A DNA stretch of 64,000 nt, taken from NCBI GenBank assembly GCA_965235115.1, contig OZ249436.1:55926001-55990000 (forward strand), in the 5' to 3' direction. The notes below the pieces were generated by a model, which worked only from the letters and a program-made list of their open reading frames with translations, was not told the DNA's origin and did not search any database. Shown here in pieces: positions 31,546-44,000 of the stretch. Source of the DNA: Laetmonice hystrix. Taxonomy: Eukaryota. How positions within the stretch are numbered: position 1 is the first letter of the stretch; the number at the start of each line of letters is the position of its first letter. The position numbers and the translations under genes are program-made.

Positions 31546-32504
31546 TGATCTCATGTTGTCGTATTGATACTACAAGTAGTCGTCTTTTGTTTTGTGTTTT
31601 CTAGTTTCAAAATATTTCAGTAGATATTGTTACTGACAGTTTGGTGCTCTTGATCAACTTAGGGTGGTAAACAGGGAAGTTTGGGGGAGTTTCATGAAGG
31701 CTGGTTTCTAAAACCCAATGAGAGTGTTGCATATCTGAAAAAACTCTGAAAATCCCATCTCAAACTTCACCATTAAACTGGGCCTGGGTCCCAAAATAGA
31801 GCATGTTTGCCTCGTGGAGGCATCATGGAAGATCTTGTTTACCTAGGTTCATCTTTAACATCTTATGTGGTTAATGCTTGTTCAGGCCTCGAATTACACG
31901 ACGGCATTGTCGGCATTTGCTGTCGTGCCTTTTTCATGTATCGTAAATTTGCCGCCGTGCCCTGGAAAAATCTGACGTTGATTCTTATGTATCGACGGCA
32001 GTTTTTGCAGTGCCCCTTTCAACTTCTAATTCGAAACCTGCTTGTTTCGGCTTTAGTCCTCAGTGGAAGCGTAGCAGAAGGCTCCACTTTTAAGTTGTTG
32101 TATTACTGTAAGTTACTGCAAACAAAGGCCCTTGCAGCATACAAGTGGTGATTACGGACAAGTTTCTGCTGATGCATGAGCTACAGAAAAATAGATTTCA
32201 GTGTCATTAGCATGTGATCATGTTCAAAGTAACTATGTTTATTGGTGTACAACAGTGGACCCCTAACTCTGTACAGTGATAAGTTTACAGTCAGTGGTAC
32301 ATACAAGGAACTTTTAAGGGTGGGACCTACATGGTTTGGGGTTTATAAGATCATGGGAGGGGGGGGGGGGGGTCCTGAAACTAGTTAAATGGGGGGGGGG
32401 GGGGCTCCAACATGTGCTGGTCACAGTGTGAGTGAACCTTTCTGGTGGGTGGCGCCAGAAAGGTTCAGCCAGAAAGGGTACCCAGTGCCACCTACCACAT
32501 GATT

Positions 32505-33928
32505 GATTGTGGTAGGTGGCACTGAGCGTCTGTATGCATAATTGTGGTAGGTGGCACTGAGCGGTACAATGTGACTGAACGGGTGCGCCCTGTCTGTATA
32601 CATGATTGTGGTAGGTGGCACTGAGCGGTACAATGTGACTGGACGGGTGTGCCCTGTCTGTATACATGATTGTGGTAGGTGGCACTGGGTGGTACAATGT
32701 GACTGGACGGGTGCACTCTGTCTGTATGCATGATTGTGGTAGGTGGCACTGGGTGGTACAATGTGACTGGACGCGTGCACTCTGTCTGTATGTATGATTG
32801 TGGTAGGTGGCACTGGGTGGTACAATGTGACTGGACGGGTGCGCCCTGTCTGTATACATGATTGTGGTAGGTCCATGGCACTGGGTGGTACAATGTGACT
32901 GGACGGGTGCGCCCTGTCTGTATACATGATTGTGGTAGGTGGCACTGGGTGGTACAATGTGACTGGACGGGTGCACCTTGTCTGTACATACATGATTGTG
33001 GTAGGTGGCACTGGGTGGTACAATGTGACTGGACGGGTGCACTCTGTCTGTATACATGATTGTGGTAGGTGGCACTGGGTGGTACAATGTGACTGAACGG
33101 GTGCGCCCTGTCTGTATACATGATTGTGGTAGGTGGCACTGGGTGGTACAATGTGACTGGACGGGTGCGCCCTGTCTGTATACATGATTGTGGTAGGTCC
33201 ATGGCACTGGGTGGTACAATGTGACTGGACGGGTGCGCCCTGTCTGTATACATGATTGTGGTAGGTGGCACTGGGTGGTACAATGTGACTGGACGGGTGC
33301 ACCTTGTCTGTACATACATGATTGTGGTAGGTGGCACTGGGTGGTACAATGTGACTGAACGGGTGCGCCCTGTCTGTATACATGATTGTGGTAGGTGGCA
33401 CTGAGCGGTACAATGTGACTGGACGGGTGTGCCCTGTCTGTATACATGATTGTGGTAGGTGGCACTGGGTGGTACAATGTGACTGGACGGGTGTGCCCTG
33501 TCTGTATACATGATTGTGGTAGGTGGCACTGGGTGGTACAATGTGACTGGACGGGTGTGCCCTGTCTGTATACATGATTGTGGTAGGTGGCACTGGGTGG
33601 TACAATGTGACTGGACGGGTGTGCCCTGTCTGTATACATGATTGTGGTAGGTGGCACTGGGTGGTACAATGTGACTGAACGGGTGCGCCCTGTCTGTATA
33701 CATGATTGTGGTAGGTGGCACTGGGTGGTACAATGTGACTGAACGGGTGCGCCCTGTCTGTATACATGATTGTGGTAGGTGGCACTGAGCGGTACAATGT
33801 GACTGGACGGGTGTGCCCTGTCTGTATACATGATTGTGGTAGGTGGCACTGGGTGGTACAATGTGACTGGACGGGTGTGCCCTGTCTGTATACATAATTG
33901 TGGTAGGTGGCACTGGGTGGTACAATGT
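32505..33928. repeat. Minisatellite, 64-bp unit, ~22 copies
   Basis: Unit CATGATTGTGGTAGGTGGCACTGGGTGGTACAATGTGACTGGACGGGTGCGCCCTGTCTGTATA. Confidence 0.97.
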
Positions 33929-34755
33929 TATTGGTCTACTGGTTACATGTCCCAGTCTATTTGCCCCTAAAGGGGTAGGGGAAAGTTGCCCCTAAAGGGG
34001 TAGGGGAAAGGGGTCTTCAAGCAATAGTAGCACAGAATTACTTTCCTCACAAGATTGTACCGGTATATAAAGAGATCCGTGATCACTCTTGATCTGTTTT
34101 CATAGCTCAGCTTCAACTTTTCAGAGTGTCAAGACGTATGTTTGATATTATTGACATATCATTGTGTAATCTTAGGATTATAAATGTAGGGTTTCTGATT
34201 GTAGTAGACAGGCGACTTGTTATGTGGGAAATTCATACACGAGATAGTGAGGAATAAAAGAGTGTTTGACACGAAAACCTTCAGATTTGTGAGAGTTTTC
34301 TGTTCCATCATTCGCTGAATGGTCTCAAGTGAATCGTACGTTTCTTCAGCGGACCGGATACCAATGAAAATTGGGGCTTTGCGCATTCATCTGCGCAAGT
34401 TGATGACCTGTGTCAGTTTTCCCAACTAAAATTAGCAGTGCTGCCATCCCACGGAGAAAACAATCACCAATTTTGCAGCACCCCCGAGATACTAAAATAA
34501 AACGGTTTTCTAATAGACATATCAGATTAATGACAACATGAGAAGACAGGAAATCACGCTATATTTTGTTGGTACGTTGACAGGAGTGTTTATGGTGCAC
34601 TTGTGCGCCGGGTTGTCTGTAATTTAGGCAAGACCCTGTGGATGGAGCCAGTGTTGGGTTTCACCAGTGTGTGAATGGGGGTAGGTGGGTGTAAAGGGAA
34701 GGTGGAACCCTCATATTTTGGCCGGCAACCTATATTAAAGTTAGGTTTTTTATGT

Positions 34756-35204
34756 AGAGGACCGTTTAAAGAATAGTTCATGAAAGTTTGAAAAAATGAC
34801 ATTACTTTTAGATCTGAAAATGGGGAGAAATTGACAATTTCTTATCGTGACCGTCATTAAAAATTATTGTTCAGAATTTGTTTAAAATGAGATTCTTCCT
34901 TTTGTTTAGAAATTCAAGTATTTATGGATACATGTACTACATATCATTATCCCTCTTGTCAATATGAACTTCCTACTATGCCTAGATACCACCCTTTACC
35001 ACTCTCTGTCAATGTTATCACTTTCTCCCCATTTTGACCCCAAACCTTCTGACATCCTGTGATTCTAACGTGAATATCTCAAAAAGTAGCACGCCGACCC
35101 CTATTTTTCTCGTATTTTCTGATTCTCGAGAAAATGTACTGCAAGCTAGTTAACTCTGTTTCAAAGAAATGACATTACTTTAGTTTTACGGTATTCGGTC
35201 CCCT
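34756..35204. mobile_element. Probable non-autonomous DNA transposon
   Basis: Ends AGAGGACCG / CGGTCCCCT followed by TAA. Internal direct repeat AAATGACATTACTTT near both ends. Confidence 0.45.
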
Positions 35205-37027
35205 TAAAGGAATACTAGGAGCGACTCGTGGAAATCATTCTCCAGATCCTATTGTGTTAGGAAACAACCCCCATTTCCATGACGTCACTATTTCACACAT
35301 GCTCCGGATATCCACTGAAACGCAGCCCATGGGGTTTATCAAGAAATAATTGATTAACGAAAAATTCACTACAGTCTAAAGAATTATCAAAGACAAATCC
35401 ATTTTGTGAAAATATTACACATCTTTATTCAAAGAAAGGGATATTTCTTCAATTTATAAACCATGTCGCACACGTGGTGACTCCACACCTGTACTTGGAG
35501 ATAATGACATCTGCGTCAGAAGTGTCGAGTTTTTCCGTAGCACTGGACAATAGATTATCTTGGCCCACGAATTAGTACGGTAGGATTTTCGTATACGGTC
35601 ATCTTTACACTGTTGCGCAGCCATACTACTGATGGGGGGATTCTATTTCTCAAAGAACTATGTACACATATTATAAGGCTAATATCAACAGCGTGTATGT
35701 CCTGAATAAACCGCTATTTTCAGTAGACACAAATTATACGTGACAAAAGTACAACTGTGGAAAGGTCCACATCCAGCGACATGCAGAGCTGGGAAAATCT
35801 TACCTCAAATCTTGTCAAGTCACGATAACAGTTGTTATGCCTAGAATTTAACACAATTTCATTTAATACCTCTACTGCGATCGGGTTCGCCATCACCGTG
35901 GAGGGGGAAAACGAACGTTCCATTTAGATTTTGCATAGCTGTAAGCATTGTCAGTATTTTTCCCATAACTGAGGCGACAAATGTCATGATACATAGTATT
36001 TACTGCGGGAAGTGTGAAACCATCGGGTGGTTTTACATGCAATATTATCCTACTGCTATTGTGTGCGTGGCCAGGAAAGAACATAATAGCGACTTGAACA
36101 TTCATATTCCTTAATTTACAGCAGAGAACAAAAAAAAGATTAAAAAAATAATAATAATAATAACCTTGGTTTTAAATACACTACAGCCTTCCGACACAAA
36201 TTACAGAGCACACAATCAGTTTGCATCAACACTGCAATTTATGAAGGCTTTCAATGACAGTGATTTAATGTAACTGCTTGATTTCAGTTTGTGGCATTTG
36301 ATATCATGATAAGTGGATGGGCTCGATTGGGCTGTTATGGAGGATGACTGAACGTATGGTATGATTGGGCCACTGCCCACCCACCAACCTGTCACCTCTC
36401 AGTCCCGGAAAATATGCATGCAGGTCAAATACTGATGAATAAGCTTTGGCATCTACCTCTCTGTTTTTGAGACATTTAGACGACCCATGTTAGACACGCA
36501 CAACTTGTAGATTATGACTGGGTTTGTAGTGTTACGTGTGGGTTACCTTTACACATGACTATTTCTTTGTGTACAAACCTGACAGCATCATTGAATGATG
36601 ACCATACTCTCAATCTTACTGTCACTCTATTGCAGCAGAGGGCGTGGGCTTGCCATCTGTACGGTACTACATCTTATCATCAAACGCTTACAACTGTTGT
36701 GGGTGTTGACTGGTTCTATATGAAAAACAGCGAGCAGACCCAACACTTGAAGGGCGAACGAGCCAGAAGGAATCAGGGCTCCTCAGCCATTTCTGTTCCT
36801 TTAAAACTACTGCCTTCATACAATGTTAATTTTACCTTACTCGATAGCATGCATGCCTATCCTGTTCCATCTTATTTTTCTAACGACAAAACCATAAAAA
36901 GAATAATTGAGAAGTTCTGATTGCAGCCCAAAAATTGGATACAGACAGGACAGTTCACACAATGACTCTTATCTGGTGAAGGTCCATTGTACTTTAAACG
37001 TTACCTCTACCACGGCACCAGGTGCAT

Positions 37028-37341
37028 CAGGGTTCCCACAGGTTGGCTATATTGCAATTTCTTCACTTTTCTAGGCACAAACTCCCCAGTTTCATGACCA
37101 ATTCGGTTATTCCGGATAAAATTACTAAAATACACTAAAATTCCAGAATAGTACATAGTGAAACCATAGACCTAGAGTACTCTAGGTCTATGGTGAAACG
37201 TTACAATTTAGGCCTAACATAAACAAAAATGTGGTTAAATTTCACGACTTTTTCCGTCGTTTTTCTATTTTCCATGACTTTTCAAGGCCTGGAAAACCAA
37301 ATTTCATTTCAGATGACTTTTCATGACCGTGGGAACCCGTG
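37028..37341. mobile_element. MITE with CAGGGTTCCCAC termini
   Basis: CAGGGTTCCCAC / GTGGGAACCCGTG inverted ends, with subterminal TTTTCCATGACT-type repeats. Confidence 0.65.
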
Positions 37342-38910
37342 TATGCCACACTCGGCCATTACAGAGATACTGGTGAGTGTTGTCAGGAGCATATAGTGTA
37401 ACTGAACGACGTACGTTATGGGTACATCTTGTACGTAGTACCTCCTCTCTGTCCATTTATAAAAAGGTGGACTTATCTTGGAGTATCTGCAGATTAAAGG
37501 ACTAATTCCATGAGTAAATGATTGCCGCACAGTTCAGGCTAGTCTCTGTTTAAATCTGAATTCACAATATCTGTATCAGACAAATCTACACTGTTCAACC
37601 TTTGATCGCTCGTATAATTCAACATGTCATAAATATGTGAATAAATGTGGACAGACATAAACAGGCTAACATATAACAAAGTGTCTACATTTTGAGTGCG
37701 GTGGACATGCCATCGGGAATTTAATCCTAGCCTCAAAAGTACCACCAAACGTGAGAGGGCCTTATGAAACTGCACTTAACAAAAATTACACTGGTAATTA
37801 CAGAGGGTGTCTTAAAAAATATTAACGTTACACCGAATGTGTATTGATTTGTAATTTGAGATACTGCATATACTAACAGTATCGCTTAGAATAGTTTTTT
37901 GTCAATTTGTCCAGTCAAGTTGATTGTGAGTTGATTTACTTCCAGCAGATTGTCTGAGCAAGGTAGGAATACATTTTTAAAAGTTGGGTGTTCTTCAGAA
38001 GTGAACGCCCAATCCCCCAGACCCAGTCTTAGTGTTAAATATAATAACTAATGGTGGCACGGAAATCTTGTGACAGCAAATGTGAGAACAGGCCGCTTGG
38101 CCGGTGGCACCTTTCATCGCTGTGGCTCTAAAGCATGAGTGTTCTAAACAACGCAAGTCTTCTCGCTATCACAGCAGGGAATTTATACATCACATCAAAC
38201 TGTGGTCTTACCAGCATTCCAGACTGACCTCCCTTGGGAAACCTTCATTCTAGTTCAACTAGATCCTCACTAGATGGGACAAAGAAATCCAAACCTATGG
38301 CAGGTACGATAACACACGCTCCTTGCCGACCTATGGTCTCTATACATGGTGGGGACATCTACAGCGTGTGCACAACAGCGTCTTGCCCACTGTAGTGTAC
38401 ATGGTGGTGGGGAGAGGGGGTATCTTGAAAAACTACACCTAAGTGTAGCACCAATACAGAATCTGCAACATAATACACTCCATGTCGATAAGATAGGCTG
38501 CTTCCTTCCTGAACATTGCACAGATTCGTTGGTCAGGTTAGTTTATACCATTTGTACTCTTCAGGCGCACTAACTCAAGGCATCTATATTTAGTATCAGG
38601 CAACTGGGGCACATAATTTGGGCCTTTAATTAATTGTATATGTCACTGTTTCCAAGCATTCTCAAACCATGACCCATCCTGTCTATCTTGTTAGTGGTGA
38701 GAAATTACATGGAAATTAAAATATACAAACCTTAACTTTATATCTGTACACATTACTCTCACGCATTACATACATTACCTAAGTATTTCATCTCAACTGT
38801 GCAACCAAAAAAAACAATAAAAATAACGAAAGAAAAGTAGTTTGATCATAAGTTTTGATGGGGGAAAGAAATTCTGCATGCCTAGTTGAAGTCTTGATTG
38901 CTTGCCTTAA

Positions 38911-39366
38911 GCGGTGTTTCCATTAACGCGGCTGCGGCCCGGCTGCGGTCCGGGCACGGGTACGGCTGATATCGCACGTCGTTGTTTTTAATATAAGTGT
39001 TTCCATTAATGCGATCTCCGTACGGCGCCCGTCCGGACGTCGCATGCGGCTGTTCCCGATCGCGTCATGGAGCGATTCGAGCACAGCCGCAGATGAGCCG
39101 CATGAGGGATCCCCTTGATCCTAGGTGGTCACGTGCATGTTCTTCACTCAAAAAATGGATGGCACCATGCCTCACGTTGTCAGCAAGCAAGATATCCAAA
39201 AACTTAACGAAAAACTTATCGATTCGGCACGTGGATGTCCTATGACTCTATACTAACAGCATTGGGACGCAGCCGGGCCGCACCTTTAAAAACAACGACG
39301 TGCCATATCAGCCGTACCCGTGCCCGGACCGCAGCCGGGCCGCAGCCGCGTTAATGGAAACGCCGC
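38911..39366. mobile_element. Young MITE with ~80-bp TIRs, flanked by TTAA
   Basis: GCGGTGTTTCCATTAACGCGGCTGCGGCCCGGCTGCGGTCCGGGCACGGGTACGGCTGATAT and its near-perfect reverse complement. TTAA on both sides. Confidence 0.88.
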
Positions 39367-41083
39367 TTAAGTTGAAGTCCACAAGGCCAACATCGAACTG
39401 TTTGGTGTGACACAATTTTGTCCCACGTTTTAATCGCCGGGATTGGGGATGGCATTCGTTGTGTTGGGTGCCGGATGCCCAGCTGCAGGTGTCAGATGCC
39501 ACCAGTCAGCTGCACAGTCTACTATATGTCTGGGCCAGCAGCATATAGACGGTTCACACAACACCAGACCGCAGCCTCCTAGGGCGAGTCACCAAACCAG
39601 CTGTCACCGTCCTGCCCCCTGGTGGCAGCGTCCCACAATACACACCAACACACAAAAAGCACGTCACTGTTAAGCTTACTGTGGTTTTACAAGACAGCCT
39701 GGTAATCGGTACATTGCATGATATTACATCTTCTTTCTTAAAAAGATACCTACAAAAACTCGGCTCTCATTTATCAGGTATGTAATTTGCTTCACAGTTA
39801 CCTGCAACTCAATTCCAGATATCTGCACGTCATTTAAGATATCTTCAATTCAAAGTGGACACACGTGCATATCAATTAGAGATGTCTGTTATTTAATTTG
39901 CAGATACTTGTGAATGCCTAAGAGAGACTTTTAACCGAATCAGAGATGACCTCATATTATATCGATTTGCTGGTATTTTCACTGGATTAAAACCAATGAA
40001 CATATCTTCAAATCCTGAAAAGCGAGTACCCCCAGCATTTCATACCTTTGTCAAGATTTATCGTCTAGCTAGATGTGTTTACAAAAGATTGTGCACTGCC
40101 AACAAACCGCATTTGTTCAGTGCCTCCCCCAAAAGGTACATTTTGTCGTCAGTCCGATTAATGTGTGCTGGGTGGGAGCTGGCTGTACGTGAGAGAGTAC
40201 AGCGAGTCCTATGTCTGACTACGACACCATGGCCTCGACGTGGCCACAGTGACATTCACACCACCCACCTCACTTTTGTACGCAACTCATGTTTTCGACA
40301 CGTATCAATCAAGTCACATTAGCAATACGACACAACACCCACTTCTGAACCAGTCATCGCACCTGAGAGGACTCTACTTTTACAGAAGCTTGGTTCTCTC
40401 TGCATATTGTCATTAAAAGCTGCCAGGCAACAGCTTTTACCTCCTACAACATAACCAAAGTTCAACCCTGGAACTTTAGCATAAATGACATGACTCTATG
40501 AAGCCTTTTCTCTTTTTTCTATTTTGCTTTCGGAAATGTCCTCTGGCCTTTAGATAGAAGTAAAGGCCTTGAAATCTCCAATATGTGCAAGTTTTCCTAG
40601 ATACTACATTTGATAACTCATGTTGACAAGACACTTCATAACGCTGAACAAAACAAAATATCCTGACAATTATACAGAAATAAATAGGTCACCAGCCTTA
40701 ATAACTACTCGTAATAGCATGATTTTTGTATGCCTTATGTGGCCACACTCAACAATTCTTGATGACAAAAATGATAATAAACACGCTGATCATGTAATTT
40801 TCTGACTAAACACTTAACAAAAAACAAACGTGTAGAAATGTTGTCAGCATCCGGTCTGGACAAACTAAAAACGGCCAAGGTTATCCAGTAAGTCATACAC
40901 GTAGAACCACATTGCAAACAGCCTGTAAATGCCTTCACGGCGGCCTTCTGCTACCAAGTATTATAAAGTGAATCCAATAAAACCTTTCGTTTGCAGGCCT
41001 GTGGTGAGCCATGTCAGTTAATGTGAATGTAGAGTGCCATCAGGTGGATGTGAAATTGTAGCAGTTCCTAGTGGGTGTGAAGT

Positions 41084-44000
41084 TCACAAGAATGGGTTGG
41101 TTGTGCCTGCCCCGCCGGCATGCATTGACGGTACGGAGCCAGACATGGGCAACAGGGGTGCAGGTAGTATTGTCTGGTTGGTCTGAGTGAAGCCCATGGA
41201 TGATGATGTCTGCATCTGGTTCATGGGGATTCGAGGCTGCTGAGCTGTCGTCTGGGGACCGAATGGGTTGCTGGCGACGGGTGCTGCACCACCACCCGCT
41301 CCTGCCACGGCAAATGGATTAGTGGACGCTGCAGCAAATCAAAATCAAAACGTTAGTAACAGGTGACTTTGTGATTCTAGACATAACCATTCCCTGACCC
41401 TACCAGCTAGTCATCGGATCTTCCCTGAAACAGAATGCAGATGTCTAAAAATGTCTCCCCCAACAAATAAAATAAAAAAACAAAAATGTCGAAGTGAGTC
41501 ACACAGAGGTCCAGATACTCTTTGTGCCACGCCACTTCAAACAAATCCAAAACTCTAAGCTCGTAACAAGGTGTACTGAAGTTTATTGGTTCCAAGTCTT
41601 ATTCATGGCCCAAAACTTTAGACTGTCCCATTTCTTTACACACCTCTGTGTCACTGACTAACCAAATTCAGAAGTGCTTGCCATATTTTGTAAAGGAAGG
41701 GAGAGGCCCATACGACATGATTTGTAAAGGTATAAAAAAAATCTCCCACGGGGGATCAATACTCCCAGTTCCCAGGCGATCTCTCATAATTATGTAATTT
41801 CTGGCCATGTTCTACATTCGAACGTTATCTTCAAGTTGTTGAAAATCTGTTCTCAGCCCTCAGTACATTGTCCACACGACAACATTACCAAGGACCCAGA
41901 AGTTGTCTGCACATGGTGACCAGGCACCATTCTCTGTGCGCAAGGATGCTTCTCATCATTGAACAGAATCTTACACTTGGATACCAATAATAGGAACAAT
42001 ACAATAATTATCCACTGAAAAATATCTACATCTGTTTTATATTTGCTGCCTAATTATATCGGCTTCATGAAGAACTATTTCATGCCCTCCCACGAAAACC
42101 ATTCAAAATCCTTCCGACCAAACTTGTCCCCAGTTATATTATGCAGAATCGCACTCCCAACTCAGAAAACCAACAACAATGGTACAAATACTTGTTAATA
42201 GGATAGGAACAAAACCTTCAATGAGAAGCAATAACCAAACTTCCAACGGCTCCAACACGAATACACAATGACCTTACAGTAGGCAGAGAGTGGAGCATAG
42301 ATCAACAGGTGACTGGGTGGATGATCATCGAGAGCTACAAGGTAATAGTGACCAGGTCCTTCACACCTCAACACAATCAACAAATCTCTAACAAAGTTAC
42401 AAAACCAGCCAGGCATACAAAAACCTCTTCCATATCCCAACTACAAATGAGACGCTTTCAATCCGGGTAGGTTATCTACATTTTAGTCCAAAATCACACA
42501 TACAATGTCCAACAGGCTAAATTTAAAATCAGGCCCCCCTGAAAGAACAGTCAGAATTTCATTCTTTTGGATGATCTCCGAATTTTCCATATGTCCCAGA
42601 GGCCAGTCAGAGCAGGGCCCAGAGGGTACGATCCCTCAGGCTGGTGACTGGCCCCGGTGGAGGAGACAGCTGGGGATGATGGGTTAGGGGTTGACTACTC
42701 ACGGGGTGCAGCTGCCTGTGGTTTCGTCATCATGAATACCTCTAGGCCTGACGTGTTGCCATTCGTACCCTGATCATCTGCAGAGTATGTGACACATTGC
42801 CAGGTCAGCTATACACAAACTTTGTATACAGAACACTCGCAATAAACAACTTGCTTCAGGCAGTAATTACAATATCTGCATGGTGTCAACATAACAGAGT
42901 AGAAAAAAAACAAACAGTGAAAAACTTATATTTTAAAATGCCTTTACAAACTTTTAAATAAATAATCTTTTCACGTAAAATCCACTGACTAATGCATGTT
43001 TTCCAGCTACCAGTGTTAAGTAAGCACTGCCTGTCTTTACAAATAATAAAATGAAGACAAATTACTAAAGTTATCCTTACAGTGTATGGTAGTGGAAGGG
43101 TTGATGGTGAGACAGCAGATATAGGTGAGAAGAGTTTGTGAACTTACCTGGAGCATTCGTCGTGATCAGGTTGTCAAGGTTGACAAGGTTAGCATTTGCC
43201 CCCAGAAAATCTTCTGCTGTCTTTTTCTTGTTGGCATTGACGAGAGCTTGGTTCAGTGCTGACATATCATAAACTTTACCCCCGGGACCTGCAAGATAAT
43301 AGTTTCACTACAGGTATGCCAAGATAAACAGCTCTGCCGGCTGACTTTAACCAAGTGTACCTGCATAACTTAATATTTTTTTAAAATGTGACATTGTTAC
43401 AATCTAGCATGGGACGAAGCCTCATCACAAGTTCATCAGATGAAAGCCTTACACAACTCTACCAGAACTTTCCCAGTCTGTAGATAATTTCAGATTTCTG
43501 CCCAAACTAGGTGTTTACGAGAGAGTGCAAGATTCTATGGGTAGGACAGTACCACAACACTGGAAACTTACAATACGGTGACACAGGGTGAGAGGCTACT
43601 CGCACTGCACTTGGTGAAGGGTCACAATAAGGCAAGGAGATCCACCACCTTCAATCTTCACTATTCTTTCCTGTTCTACTACTTACAGGGATATTTTATT
43701 ACATCAACTAATTTGTCTGTCACCCCCACATGACATGTTCTCCTTCACTGGTTTATGAATATGAAATCTAAGCCAATAAAAGTGAAGGAATAGATAAACT
43801 CATGGTAAACTCTGGACAAGATGGTAACGAGGAACCTGATCACTACCCACACCACTGTCATGCTAAGCGTGGTCCTCCTTCCCCTAAATCTGGGGGTGGG
43901 GGGGGGGTCGTTTCGTTAACAGTGGCAGAGAGTCCGACCAATGACAGTCAGGTTTGTTGCTGGTCAGACCGTCCGTTGATGTCAGTGAAACGCCTTCAGT

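Noticed and set aside
32314..33925. Long ORFs (458-515 aa) on the minus strand
   Set aside because: They are translations of the 64-bp minisatellite, open in all three frames, with no protein-like features.
43572..43604. Possible 33-nt epsin cassette exon (VRVASHPVSPY)
   Set aside because: It is phase-compatible, but the acceptor is weak and there is no homology support, so it was left out of the gene model.
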